Shown: positions 1 to 14,840, counted from the stretch's first letter. The stretch is 64,000 nt of DNA from the human T2T-CHM13v2.0 reference genome, Homo sapiens (GCF_009914755.1 NC_060935.1), one strand, 5' to 3'. The notes: generated by a model not told the origin, from the sequence alone. Translations and numbers: made by a program.

Positions 1-1416
1 TGCCTTTATAGACATATGGTAGTGATTCAGTATGGATACCTATCAGGATGACTAATTAAGGCCAAACCAACTGAGCATTTAAAATGTACCCTTCAAATTG
101 AGGGGAGGTGCCAAGTTGATAACATGTTGATAACACTGGATAGTAATATCCCATGGGCTTACATATTCATTGTTCCTAGTCAATTGACATTTATATCTAT
201 TATCACTTGACTGAAACATGATTAATTATTTTATGATAATTTGAATCATTGTTTAAAATTCAGTTTGCGAAGTGTTGTGTCCCTGTCATCTTTTACCATT
301 CCTTTAGAAGATTTGCAGCCACTCTGCTACCCTTCTAACTGTTACATAATAAACCTCATTGTTTTCCAAGTAGGAGACTCCTTCTTTCTGTAAGAGTAAT
401 AATTTTATGCTAGGGACATCAAAGATGAGGACAAAAATGTCACATTGTGATTCTGTCTCCATGACACTCCACAATAATACAAAGTGAAAATTTCAAGCAA
501 AGGGAGGCTTTTGCGTTGCCCACAGTGTCAAAAGTCATGTTTCTCAGATTTTGTTCTCTAAATTGGGTATTAAAATAACCATTTTTATATTTTTTAGAAA
601 AGTATAATTATTTCTTAAAATTTTATTTATAAAATATTTTCCCCAAGTCATTCTTTTTCATAAGGTTATTTTTTTCTAACCAAGAAATAGGAATTATAGT
701 TCCTACTTTTTATTTACTGTTAACTATTTTAGTTGGAGATTTATTGCCTTAATCTATATGTAATATAATGTGTTTATCACTTAGGAAACATTAAAAAAAA
801 GTGGGTTAGTTATTTTGTGTAATGCTGTAATAACATCATTCATCAGAATAATTATATAAAAGTAAATAGAGGTAAGGTAATACCTAATTTAGGATGCCTT
901 TCAACTGTATAGTGCTTATAATTAAAGATTTCCGATAGAAACTAAAGGGCCTTAGTTTCCTTTCACATCAGCCTAATTTTCAAAATAAAACCATAAAATA
1001 AATCATAAAATGGTTTCTTTGCTTACACATTTATACGTTGAATCACAACTATCCACTTAGAAGTTTTTTGGACCAAAAAAATTGTTAAATTGTTAATGTG
1101 TAGAGCACAAAACTTAAAAGATCAATTTTGTAGCTCATTTGACATGGCAAGCTTGAGAGCAAAAATGATTTAACTACCCTAGTGCCATTAGAAAGTATTT
1201 AAGGTTTGCAAAGGGAAGTATGTGATTATTTCATATTACTTAAACCATTGAAAGAAAATATCACACATTATCAGTCATTAAAAGTAAACATCATGCATTA
1301 CACATAATATCAGAGATTTAAGACATTATAGATAAATAGCTTACTAAATTGAGACATAAGTAAGATTTTATGTCTTTATAAACAAGGTATTTTTCCACTT
1401 TCCTACTTTTTTCCAG

Positions 1417-1575
1417 TTGGACTGAAAGGCATACAACAAAAACCTCATCTAGCCTAGCCTAGCATCTAATAGCCCTCACAGATACATATGAGTATTTAGA
1501 TGGCAGACCACTAGACACAGATACCAAAACATGTATCCTCACAACAACCTTTATAATGGCACATTGAGCTCCCTG
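1417..1575 (+). other. Candidate non-coding/UTR exon (159 nt)
   Basis: Acceptor ttttccactttcctacttttttccAG ends at 1416; donor CTG|gtgagt starts at 1576; unique sequence; stop codons in all three frames. No transcript evidence available. Confidence 0.4.
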
Positions 1576-2328
1576 GTGAGTAAAGACTGCAGCATCTCAA
1601 GGTAGAAAATAAACAACAAGACTTATTTGCCAAGTGACTGTGAAAAGCACTTTTCATGCCTGACTCTGCTGCATACAGAATTCTGTGAACCTCTGAAGTA
1701 GCCATGTGACTTAAGGTTTAGCTGCTAGCAGCTAAAATAGGTCATCAAGCTCCAGGTCTGTTACAGTATTACGGTTCTCTTATTCCCATCAGGAACTTTG
1801 TTGTAAGCAGGAACTGGCTTTTGGCTGCTTAGTGTTCATTTTTGTTTTTCTGGGGGGAGCTTAGAAGGTCGATGAGGGGGCTGGGGCAGCAAGGCTGATG
1901 ACTAAATAGTCTGCTCTTCAACCCTGATATCTATTAGGGGTAGGAAAACCTCTGGATACCCCCTGTAAAGACACTCCCTGGCTTTTACCAGCTTACCATC
2001 TGGACCCAATTTTAAGTGATTTATGACAATGGAGCCAGCATAACTGTACTCTATACTGAGTATTATTATTATATGATTCAATAAATGTCTTCTCTGTTGC
2101 AGAAGTTTGTAAGAACTGTTCAAATTGTTTTGTTTATTGAAGTTGTACGATTATTACTTTTTTAAAAAATGGAGTGGTCATTTAGGACTTAGAAGTCTTT
2201 TGTTATGAGGTGATTTTGTTATAATGGCATTTCTTAGAGATGATATTTATTCCAGTGCTGTGAAAAACCTATATAACTTTTTAGATATGATTTTTATTGA
2301 GCATATGTGAATTGAAAGTAATAATTCA

Positions 2329-2652
2329 AGCCAAGCACGGTGGTTCCCACCTGTAATCCTGGCACTTTGGGAGGCTAAGGCGTGGGCGGATGACTTGAGC
2401 CCAGGAATTTGAGACTAGTCTGGGCAACATGGCAAAACCCCATCTCTACAAAAAATACAAAAATTAGCTGGGTGTGGTGGTGGGCACCTATAGTCCTAGC
2501 TACTCACAAGGCTGAGGTAGGATCACCTGAGCCCGGGAGGTCAAGGCTATGGTGAGCCATGATTGTGCCACTGCACTCCAGCCTGGGTGACAGAGTGAGA
2601 CCCTGTCTCAAAATAAAAAATAAAATAATAAAATAAGTAATCTTTTTAAAAA
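2329..2652 (+). mobile_element. AluJ, full length
   Basis: Alu dimer with J-type features (cttgagcccagga, gggcaacatggcaaaacc); TSD gaaagt(a/c)ataattca at 2314-2328 and 2653-2667. Confidence 0.93.
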
Positions 2653-2796
2653 GAAAGTCATAATTCAGTAAAACAGTTATCACATGCACAGTTCACCCAA
2701 ATGACTTCCATATAAGTTGATGATATTCTAAGTTTAAGTTGATGGTATTCTAAGTTTACATGGAAAGGTAAAACTTGGAAATTAATAAAACTATAA

Positions 2797-3125
<329 letters not shown>

Positions 3126-3130
3126 TAGTG

Positions 3131-3449
3131 GGTTGTTTTTTGTTTGTTTGTTTTTGTTTGTTTGTTTTTGAGACAGTGTCTTGCTCTGTCACCCAGGCTG
3201 CAGTACAGTGGTGTCATCATAGCTCACTGCAGCCTCAAATTCCTGGGCTCTACATGATTCTCCTGCCTCGTCCTCCCAAGTAACTATGACTACAGACAAG
3301 TGCCACCACACCCTGCTAATTTTATTTTTTGTAGAGATGGAGTCTCGCCGTGTTGCCCACACTGGTCTTGAACTGCTGGCCTCAAGCAATCCTCCTCCCT
3401 CAGCCTCCCAAAATGTTGGGATTACAGGCATGAGCCACTGCACCCAGCC
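3131..3449 (-). mobile_element. AluJ
   Basis: Reverse Alu with J features (catagctcactgcagcctcaaattcctggg); TSD tgacagtagtttttg at 2802-2816 and 3450-3464 encloses both this Alu and the AluS. Confidence 0.92.
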
Positions 3450-4490
3450 TGACAGTAGTTTTTGATGAGATCTCAGTTGCCACAATTTTGGTGCATAAAT
3501 CATAGTCCCATTATCAGTTATCTATCATAAGCTCCACAATTTTAATTGTTAAAACTTTATATGCTATAGATATGAATTATTTAAAAGAGAACACCTGGTA
3601 ATCTATGTTTAAACATGCTAAATTTGTTTGGAATTTCTTCTATATAATATGATGCACTAGTATTTACTTCTTGATTTTTTTGATATCTAATGAAATGCTA
3701 GTTAGCTCATGGTTACTCTAACGGAAATAGAGAAGTATTTCTTAGAAGGGCTATTCATTATAATAAAACATTCATTCAAAATATTGCCCATGTTAGAGAA
3801 CTGCTTGCTTGTTAAGATATAACTGGTTATTTAAGATTGCCTTGGTCCACAGGAAATGTAGTGTGTGGCCATAAAAACAAACCAAATTATGACCTTTGGA
3901 GGTATCTTTCGTGGAGAATACATCAGCAATTCATCACTCTATTTACAGGCATTTGAGAAATTAGGATCATTGGTATTGTTTTCTATTGGAAGTGAACAAT
4001 AGACAAAATCTGTGTGGAATCTCTTGAAATTTTTATTTAATAGAGCATCTAATAGAATATTATTTCATAAACCTTTCAGAACATTTTAAGCATTGTAAGC
4101 ATTATAGAAAATTTTATTTAATAAAGATTCACACCAGAACATTGGAGACACATTTTTCACTAACAAAATATGGAAAAGATTGTTTCCAAATTGGTGTGTT
4201 TAATTGCTTGCATGCCATTGGCCACTTAATAGAAAAACCTTGAAGTGTGATGCAACCAGTCATCACCATGTCTTCAGTTGACACATTTTGTTAAATAAAA
4301 GGTAGAAAATAAGAAAACATGTATTTCCAACTAATTTGAATAGAAGTCTATAGAATGAGTATATTTGGAAAGCTGTGTTAAAACATTTAATATGGAAAGG
4401 AAAGTCTCATTTATAAAACTGTGAAAAGAGTTACCATTTTAGTTTGACCCGCCAACCATTTTTCTTAATTTTACCAGTTGTACATTTTAG

Positions 4491-4544
4491 GATTGGAAGT
4501 AAATGGAGATAAAAGCCTCTTCCCTACAACACTGCAGTCTTCAC
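4491..4544 (+). other. Candidate 54-nt exon
   Basis: cttaat branch-like motif near 4464, ...cattttAG acceptor ending 4490, donor CAC|gtaagg at 4545; unique sequence. Confidence 0.25.
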
Positions 4545-5071
4545 GTAAGGGCTGTTTGAAAACATGCCAGGGCATGGCTTTTCTCTCAAACCTGAAGGCA
4601 CTCATAAAGTTAAACTTATTCAAGCTCAGGATTTCTGAAAGAATTTACATTTAAGAACTGAATTAACATTCTGTCCATATTAGTAAAACAAAACTGAATG
4701 TTACCTCTTTATATAATAGCAGTAGCAATGTCTTCATTAATTCAGGTTTCTAGTACCTAGTTAAAAAAAAAAGCACTTGGATTGTAAAGTGTGCGCATGT
4801 TTGTACACAACGTGGCAGTAACAAAGCTTTGGAAATTATGGAAGCTAAATGCTTGGTTACCACTGTAGCCCTCTTTTTCTATTTTATTGCTAATACTACA
4901 AAAAGGCAGTTATTTCTCCATCTGGTTTCCTTAGCATATACATTCTTAGCATGTAGGAAAAATCATCACTGTCAGAAGTGAAGAGTTAAGGGCAGGACAG
5001 GGAAGAGATTGTGGCAGATTGAATGGGCAGAATTGTTGCCCCCAAGAGTCATGAGAGGGAGTGTAGTATAA

Positions 5072-5435
<364 letters not shown>

Positions 5436-5624
5436 TAGGCACTGTGGGAAATGCAAATGCTATACATGGTTTCTGTTCTCACTTAACATCTTAGATACTT
5501 ATACTGTGGAAGTTATGAAAGAAGTCCCTTCCCTCTAAAAACTCTATAGTTATACAATCTTTTTCAGGTGTTTATAGGAAGATTTTTTTCCCTCTTCAAA
5601 TAGAAGAAAACAATTACTATTTAC

Positions 5625-6435
5625 CCAACATTCAATCTGACAGAAAATCCTGTTGGCTTTGCTTTAAAATATATTCATAATTTAAACAGTTTTTACCACC
5701 TCCAATGCTACCACTCAGTCTAAGCCTCCTAACTAGATTTCTTCTTTTAACCCTGACCTCCTTCAGTCTGTTCTCATACAGTAGCCAAGAGGATGATTCT
5801 TTTAAAACATGAGACAGATCATGTCATTTCACTGCTCAAACTCTGTGTTGATTCTTCATCTCACTCAGAAGTCCTTAAGTGACCACCAAGACCCTACATG
5901 ACCTGGCTGCCTTTCCTCTCTGACCTCATCTTTTATTCCTCTCCCACCATTTGCTCCATTTTAGCCACACTGGCCTCCTTGCTTGAACACAGTAAGCCTC
6001 AGGGCCTTTGCTGCCTGTTTCCTTTACCTGAAATGTTATTCTTTCACATCTTTTCATAGCTAACTGCCTCAATGCCCTCAAATATTTGTTCATATATCAC
6101 CTTCTTAATGAGGGTTTCCTGACTCTTCTTTTCCAAATAGCAATCTATCCCTATTCTGCCATTGCCAATCACTCTTAATCTGCTTCATGTTTTCCCGTAG
6201 CACTCACCACCTTCTAATATGCTGTATAATTTTCATATCTATTATGTTCACTTTCCATCTTCCTGTACTAGGATGTAGGTTTCACAAGAACAAGGATTTT
6301 TGTACATTCCATTCTGTTTAGAACAGTATCTTACATACGATAAGGTGCTCAAAAAAACAAGTTTGTATGTCTCAGTTTCTCTCAAGTTGTTTCCTGTCTT
6401 CTTCCCTATTTAAATTGTATACAAGAATGAATGAA
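5625..6435 (+). mobile_element. L2 (L2a-like) 3' portion
   Basis: L2 3' motifs: cttttaaaacat..gatcatgtca, cctcagggcctttgc, gtgctcaa...gaatgaatgaa. Confidence 0.75.
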
Positions 6436-6461
6436 TTTGGAAGCTTATACTAGTTGAATTA

Positions 6462-6655
6462 ATACCATTTATTGCTATTATTTATAGGTACTAAGTGTTA
6501 GACACTGTATAGGCACTTTGCTGGTATTATTTAATCCCCACAGCTAGTTCTCAGAGAGATAAAGAGGCTTAGAGAGGTTAAGTCATTGGCCCAAAATCAT
6601 GTATCAAATGAATGGCTAAGTTCCAATTCAAGCCTGTAAGAGACTCCAAAGGCCA
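6462..6655 (-). mobile_element. MIR
   Basis: gaggcttagagaggttaagtcattggcccaa...gactccaaag matches the reverse MIR core. Confidence 0.7.
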
Positions 6656-7984
6656 AGCCCTCTTTGTAGCTTTTGGGTTATGGCCAAGTTTAGCAAGTTT
6701 CATTCAATTATCAATATTTTTATTTATATTTACATCATTTTTTAAAACCATGTACCTCCTCACACATTTTTAAGTTGATATAAAATTTTCTATTATATGT
6801 TCAAATAGTGACAAAGGGTATAATTTCTGACCAATATATGCTGTAATATATTTTCATCCAAATCATGCAGTATAGGCTTAGCTCATTCAATTAGTAGAAA
6901 AGGTTTGTAATATAGTCTAATTGGCAATCATTGTCAAATTGATGAGAACAAAGTCCGACTTCATTTTTAAATTCTAATTAAACAGTTTCCAGGACAATCT
7001 CCTCACTTTCTGTTGCCATGAGTGTGTCCCATGGTCATCATGAAACAAAATGCAATCCCCTTTAGTTTGTCTGTTTTGCAATTATGGGACTCTCCCTTAG
7101 GAGCAATGTAACGCACACCAAGGTCCAGGGTGGGTGAGAGCTATGCCTTCTTTTGCCAACTTCAATTAAATGGGAAAGGAGAACTTGCAGACTGTAGGTA
7201 CATTTTCAAGTAGATTAATTTTAGTAGAGAATAACTATGGAAACTGAGGATCTCAAAATTGAATTATTTTGAAACTGCCCACGCCCACGTAGCTATTGGA
7301 AAGTCTTCTTAAAACCCAAAGGAGATGCATTTTCCAGTTTTAAGACCTCTGCTTTATATTATGTAGTACATTGAAATTTAGAAAATACTCCAAGTTTTTT
7401 CATGGTTATAGTAGTTGATTATAATCTACAAAAATAGGTCTTTAGGTTATGCCAATGTGATTTAAAAAAACAAGAATGGAATGAAATACTTAACATTGAT
7501 GCAAACTGTTAATAGACTTTTTAAAGAGTTTTTAAAAGGCTTACAGAAAAATTGAAAAGAAAATATAGAGTTCTCATATACCCATCCACACTCATTCCTC
7601 AGTTTCCCCTATTATTAATATCTTGCATTAGAGTGGAATATTTGTTACAATTGGTGAGCCAGAATTGATACATTATTATTGACTGAAGTCCATACTTTAT
7701 ACTAAGATTCACTCTGTTTTGACATTCTGTGGATCTTGACAAATGTATAATGACATGTATTCCCATCACAGTATCATATGGAATTGTGAAACTTTCCTAA
7801 AAATCCCCTGTTCTCTACCTATTCATCTTTCTCTCCCCCTTCTTTCCTCCCTCCCCCAATGTCTGACAACTATTGATCTTTTTACTGTTTCAATAAACAA
7901 TTTTGCCTTTTTCACAATGCCATGTAATTACGTAGATTGTAGCTTCCTCATATTGGCTTTTTTCCCTTAGCAATATGCATTTAA

Positions 7985-8285
7985 GGCCAGGTACAGTGGC
8001 TCATGCCTATAATCCCAGCACTTTGGGAGGCTGAGATGGGAGGATTGATTGAGGCCAGGAGTTTGAGACCAACCTGGACCACAAAATGAGACCCCTGTCT
8101 CTGCAAAAAATTTTAAAAATTAGCCAGGTATGGTGGTGTGCAGCTGTGGTCCCAGCTACTCAGGAGTCTGAGGTGAGAGGATCACTTGAGCCTAAAAGGT
8201 CAAGGTTGCAGAGAACCGTGGTCGCACACCACTGCACTCCAGCCTAGGTGACATATCAAGACCCTGTCTCAAAATTAATAAATAA
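7985..8285 (+). mobile_element. AluJ
   Basis: ggccaggtacagtggctcatgcctataatcccagc...gaggatcacttgagcc; diverged dimer. Confidence 0.92.
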
Positions 8286-8311
8286 TTGTTATTATTTATT
8301 GCATACATATA

Positions 8312-8317
<6 letters not shown>

Positions 8318-8354
<37 letters not shown>
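8318..8354. repeat. (TG)n microsatellite
   Basis: About 18 perfect TG units. Confidence 0.97.
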
Positions 8355-8361
<7 letters not shown>

Positions 8362-9141
8362 CATTTTATGTTCTCCTATGTCTTTCTCTGGCTTGATAAC
8401 TCATTTCTTTTAGTGCTAAATAATATTGCATTGTGTGGGTGTACCATAGTTTGTTTATTCGTTCACTTACTAAAGAACATCTTGGTTGCTTCCAAGTTTT
8501 GGCAATTATGAAGAAAGCTACTGGTATAAACATCCGTGTGCAGGTTTTTATGTGGACATAAGTTTTCAACTCATTGGGTAAATATCAAGGAGTATAACTG
8601 ATAGATTGTATAAGAGCATATTTCATTTTGCAAGAAACTGGCAAACTGACTTCCACAGTAGCTACACCATTTTAAATTCCCACCAGCAATGAATGAGAGT
8701 TCCTGTTGCTCCACATCCTTGTCAGCATTTGGTGTTATCAGTGTTTTTGGATTTTAGCCATTTTTCTAAAATGTAGAAAATGAGAGTGGCATCTCATTAT
8801 TGTTTTAGTTTGCAATTTTCTGGACATATGATATGAAACTTCTTTTTATATGTTTTTTTGCCATCCATCTGTCTTCTTTGGTGAGTTGTCTATGCACATC
8901 TTTTGCCCATTTTTAAATTAAGTTGGTTTTTCTGTTATTGTTGAATTTTAGAAGTTCTTTGTATATTTTGTATACCATTTGTTTGTTGACTATATTCATG
9001 CAACTATATTCAAGTTCAGTTGACTATATTCATGTACCACATATACCATAATCTATATTCATGTACCACATATACCATAATCAAGACTATACCACATGTC
9101 TTGATTATGGTAGCTTTATATTATATCTTGAAGTCGGGCAG

Positions 9142-9524
9142 TATATTAGTTTGCTAGTGCAACCACAATAAATACCACACACTGGCTGACTTAAACAATA
9201 GAAATTTTATTTTCTTACAGTTCTGGAGGTCAGAAGTCTAAAATCAAGATATCAGCAGGGTTAATTTCTTCTGAGGCCTCTCTACTTGGCTTGTAGATGA
9301 CTGTTTCTCCCTACGTTTTCCCTCTGTGCTTGCACATGTCTGAGTTTAAGTTTCTTTTTCTCAGAAGGACACCAGTCATATTGGATTAGGACACACCCTA
9401 AAGACATCATTTTAACTTAATTCCTCCTCAAAGACCTCATACCCAAATATGGTTACATTATGAGATACTATGCGTAAGGGCTTTACCATATGAATTTTGA
9501 AGGGACACAATTCAGCCCATAACA
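9142..9524 (-). mobile_element. MaLR solo LTR (MLT1B-like)
   Basis: tatattagtttgctag...gggacacaattcagcccataaca termini; 5-bp TSD ggcag/ggtag (9137-9141, 9525-9529). Confidence 0.85.
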
Positions 9525-11548
9525 GGTAGTTTCAGTCCTGCAACTTTGTTCTTCAGTATCGTGTTGGCTATTATGGGTCTTTTGCCTTTCCATATAAGCT
9601 TTAGAGTCAGTTTGCCAATATCCATAAAATAACTTGCTTGGATTTTTATTTGGATTACGTTGAATTTATAGATCAAGTTGGAAAGAACTGAAATCTTGAC
9701 AGTATTGTGTCTTTCATTCCTAGGGCTGGGTCCCTCTGGAGTTGTGTACTCTCTAATGTCCACCCTGAGCTTCCAACAGTTTGTCTTTTACAGTTTAGAT
9801 TTTCCTACTCTTTTGGTATTGGTCCCTGTGGAGAATTTTTTTTTCCTAGGCTTTTACTTGGGTAAGTTGTGATTCTCTGTATCTGCCTATCATTTCTACA
9901 ATCATAGAGGGCAGTGGTTTTCCCTGTGACCCCAATTATCTGATGGATCTAAGATTTGTTGATTTTTCAGTTTGTTCAGCTTTTTGCTTGTGGAGACAGG
10001 AATGACACCTTCCAAGTTCATTACATGCAGGACTGGAAAACAGAAGTCTCCAACATACTTTTTATTATTGTAACATCATTGTGAAGAAAATTAAGCACTT
10101 ATTGGTTCTTTATTATACAGAAGGAATTGAGTTAAATATAATACATCTTGAAACTGGCAAGAATCCCATGTTGCTAAAATGATATTTATGATGATATTTC
10201 TGCACCTGCATCACTAGTTTTTGAAACAAATTTACCCTAGAGCATTGGTTTGCAAAATGCTATGGCCCCAGTGGTTTCACAGAAGATCCTCTGAAATTGC
10301 TGGTTTGAGTTTCGGATAGGGGTTGTGGAGGGGTACAAGCAAGAAGGAAGCAAAGGGCAAGGAAAACACTAAGTTCGATATACTCACCCCTGCCTGAATC
10401 AGAGCATATGTGTTTTATTTGTTTCATACATATCATTTGAAGTAACGGTTTGACAATTAAAATATGTTTAAATTCACTGCCCTTGAGTGTTAGAAAATGT
10501 TGTATGCAATAGAGAAGGTTGTATTTAATCTTCTAATGTTGTGTTCAATAGGCTGCACAGTAGATGAACCTACATCATGAAAAGCTTCTTTGCAGAGTTT
10601 AGTAATGAAATTGTTAAGGAAGAACTCTAAGGTAGACTCATTTTATTTAATGCAAAGCGATCATGTTGAAATAAAACTCTGTTACGGACTGTAAAAACTC
10701 AATTTAAAATATAATTAATTTATCCTGAGGAGCTCAGGTATTCCCAAATTAAATATTTTTGAGGTATGAATTAGCTGACTTATCAAAAAAAGATAAAGTG
10801 TGATCATACCTTTATTAACCTGAGGTTAAGTTTTCTTGGTGAAACTTATAAATGTCAGTATATCCTGACTCATTAGTAACAGTTGAAATTAACCAACTTG
10901 GTAACTTCTATTTTTGTAAAAATTTACACTCACTTTGACTTTGTATCATGAGGGGAATTGAGGATAGGTCTGAAATAAGATTTCAGGCTTTTCTCCTTCT
11001 GAAATATATATTCAAGCTGAACAGAGAAAAGCATTTTAAATTCATCTAACAGTCATGTATAATTAGGCTTGGTTCTGCGTTGTGAATGGGGTTTCTGGAA
11101 GGGCAGCAAAAACAGGGTTTGATTTGTTACGTGCCCAAGCTTTGCATCATACCGTATAGAATTGTTTGTAAACATGCATATCACAGTAAAGTATGCTTAG
11201 TCTAAATCAGTTCAGAAAATTAGACAGCTGCTATGTGTAAAGCAAATAAATAAAACACCATTTTTCCACCAGAAAAGTGAATACAGTTGTAGAAGAGATT
11301 AGATAGATGTGCAAAAATCAATACAGGGCAAAATATCCTAAGTGTAATAAAGAGGGATAAAATGCTGTGAGACTTAAGGAGAGAGATGTTACATCTGTTT
11401 GAAGGCAAATTAGAAGAAGACTGAAAGGGAAAGTAACGTTTTTGATGATCTGGAAGAAGATGGACAGAAGATACATCAGTGAGGAAATGGTTACAGTGCA
11501 TGTAAAAGAAAACTGATAGGTGCTTGAACAAACAGGGCTTTATATTTC

Positions 11549-11852
11549 TTTCCTTTTTTTTTTTTTTTTTAAATTGGAGCTTCACTCTTGTTGCCCAGGC
11601 TGGAGTGCAGTGGCATGATCTCGGCTCACGGCAACCTCGCCTCCTGGGTTCAAGCAATTCTCCCGCCTCAGCCTCCCTAGTAGCTGGGATTACAGGCGCC
11701 CACCACCACACCCAGCTAATTTTTGTATTTTTAGTAGAGATGGGGTTCCACCATGTTGGCCAGGCTGGTCTCGAACTCCTGACCTCAGGTGATTCATCCG
11801 CCTCAGCCTCCCAAAGTGCTGGAATTACAGGCATGAGCTACCGCGCCCGGCC
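11549..11852 (-). mobile_element. AluS (Sq-like)
   Basis: cactcttgttgcccaggctggagtgcagtgg; TSD agggcttt(a/g)tatttc at 11534 and 11854. Confidence 0.93.
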
Positions 11853-12409
11853 TAGGGCTTTGTATTTCAAAGAGAACAAGTCTAAAGGTAAGTAGATACT
11901 GATGTTGATTTAGTGCTTCTGTAATGTCAGCGTCCCATCCAACTATGCAACAGTTTCAGCCAAGCTATTGACAAATCTAAGAGAGATTTAAGTGAAGAGC
12001 TGTACTTGATACTGTACTTGATATTTGCCAGGATCTGAATGATGAAAGAGGAGGAAGAATCATAGATTACTCAAGGCTGTAATATTAGTGGCCCATCAAT
12101 AAGACTCATAGGTGCTTGTTTACGTATTTGCCTTCCTCACTAGCTGCTATTGTTAGAAAAGTGCAGAAGCAGTAAGTCTGGTAGCACTACTTCGGTCACA
12201 CTTCCAGGATGCTTACTGTCTTTGCCCCTGCTGAGATCTCACATACATATTCAGAGTTGACTTCAAATCTCACCTGCTCCCTGAGCCTAGCCTAGCCTGA
12301 CAGTTGCATCATAAATTGACCTTTTTTTTGTATTTGTAAAATTAGCACCTTGGCATTCATTGTTCAGTTCCCTCATTTTTGTACATTTTGTATGATACTG
12401 TATTAGCTC

Positions 12410-12660
12410 AAGTTGAGTAAGTATAAGAAATACTACCATGTGCCGGGCCTTTTGTGAATATACAAATATGTATTAACACAACTCCTACCCATAAAGAGCT
12501 CATAGTCTAGTAGAGAAAACTGACATATAAACAACTATAATAGAAATTGACTGATACAAAAATAGAGTTAGGTATGAAAATACTGTACAAAGACTAATAA
12601 TGAGGCAGTTGTTCAGGGAAAGCTACAGAAGGAAGATATTTGAGTTGCATCTTGAAAGTC
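12410..12660 (-). mobile_element. L2 fragment
   Basis: tactaccatgtgccggg...gagctcatagtctagt...ttgagttgcatcttgaa; reverse L2 3' motifs. Confidence 0.55.
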
Positions 12661-13927
12661 ATTTGGACTATCAAATATTTATGTACTCATCACTTTCTAT
12701 TTATATTATTACTTATTTTGACACCTTGCCCATTTGACGGTAAGTTTCTTGAGGTCAGAAAGTCTATATTCTATGCCTTTATTTCACCCATAGTGCCAAA
12801 ATATTTCACTGAATCAGTATATTTGGTACTAGCCAAATATTTTATGTATATTTACATAAATTTATTTACTTATTTTTCTTTACCTTCCCTCTCCTCCCCA
12901 CAAAGCCCAAGCTTAGCTAGTTACCATTCTTCTTCCTATTTTTGTATCCTGTTTTATTAACATTAGCCTGTAATGTATTTTTAGAACAGCTTATTTTACA
13001 CACAAATGTGTAGTTTCTTTCTATGGCATATCTTGTAAGTAAGCATTGAGATTTTTGCTGTGCAACTCTTTAGGAGCTTTTATGGTGTCTTGTGTAAGCT
13101 TGATTAAAAATACAAAGTTTGGAGTTTTTTAATTTTCATATAGCTTTTGAAAAATTTTCTAGTTTATAATTTTTGTACCACTTCAAAGTATGAGGTTTCC
13201 ATTTTTAAAAATATAATTTAAAAGCCGTGTTAAAACGACCATACTGTTGAAGTTTCAAATTGGCAAATTGAGTGTATTATTTTGAATTTTACTGCAGGAC
13301 AGATGAAACAGGCTCAAGCTCTTCTAAATTTTGTGAAACACCAATGAAATTTTCCTTCATGAACATTTAAATCCATCATCATTTCTGCAGGTTCCAAGGC
13401 CATGGGCATTTTAAGATTAATGTTCTAGATGAAATAAAATTATTTTATGGTCTATTAAGATAATTTGCTAAACATCTATTTAAAAGCCTACTGTATAGGG
13501 GGTACTAGAGATACAAAAATAAGACATTGTTTCTATTTTAAAGAATTCACAATTTAATAATTAAAGAGATTTCTTCCATCTGTACTATGGGATAAATTCA
13601 ATTAGCTAGATATAAATGTCAAAATTGATAAGAGGTAGAAAAGATCACTTATTAGATACTAAGTAAATGATTATTAAATAATGAACAATAGGAATTACAG
13701 ACTTCAGCCGTAGGAAAGAAACATTACTGGATGAACTTTTTCAGTTCTTGGATATCAACATGGTTTTGGTTATTACAGTGATTATCAGTAATATTTAATG
13801 CATGAGGCTAGGGTATTCTGGCATTCAACGATGCTCTGTGCAGTCCTACCCAATTAAGAACTGCTATGATCCTACACAACTTTGAAAGTCTAACTAAAGC
13901 TACTACAAATATAAATTGGTATGTCAC

Positions 13928-14840
<913 letters not shown>

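Larger units (their letters stand above)
7509..10049 (-). mobile_element. Old L1 (L1MC1/2-like), internally deleted, interrupted by AluJ, (TG)n and MLT1
   Basis: 3' UTR signature at 7509-7980; ORF 9512-9763(-) resembles ORF2 '[23 protein letters not shown]...KFIW..KR'; 9722-10049 resembles an L1MC/MD 5' terminus. Confidence 0.8.

Noticed and set aside
8990-9081. Repeated short units as a CRISPR-like array
   Set aside because: Eukaryotic L1 context with no unique spacers; explained as a repair scar.
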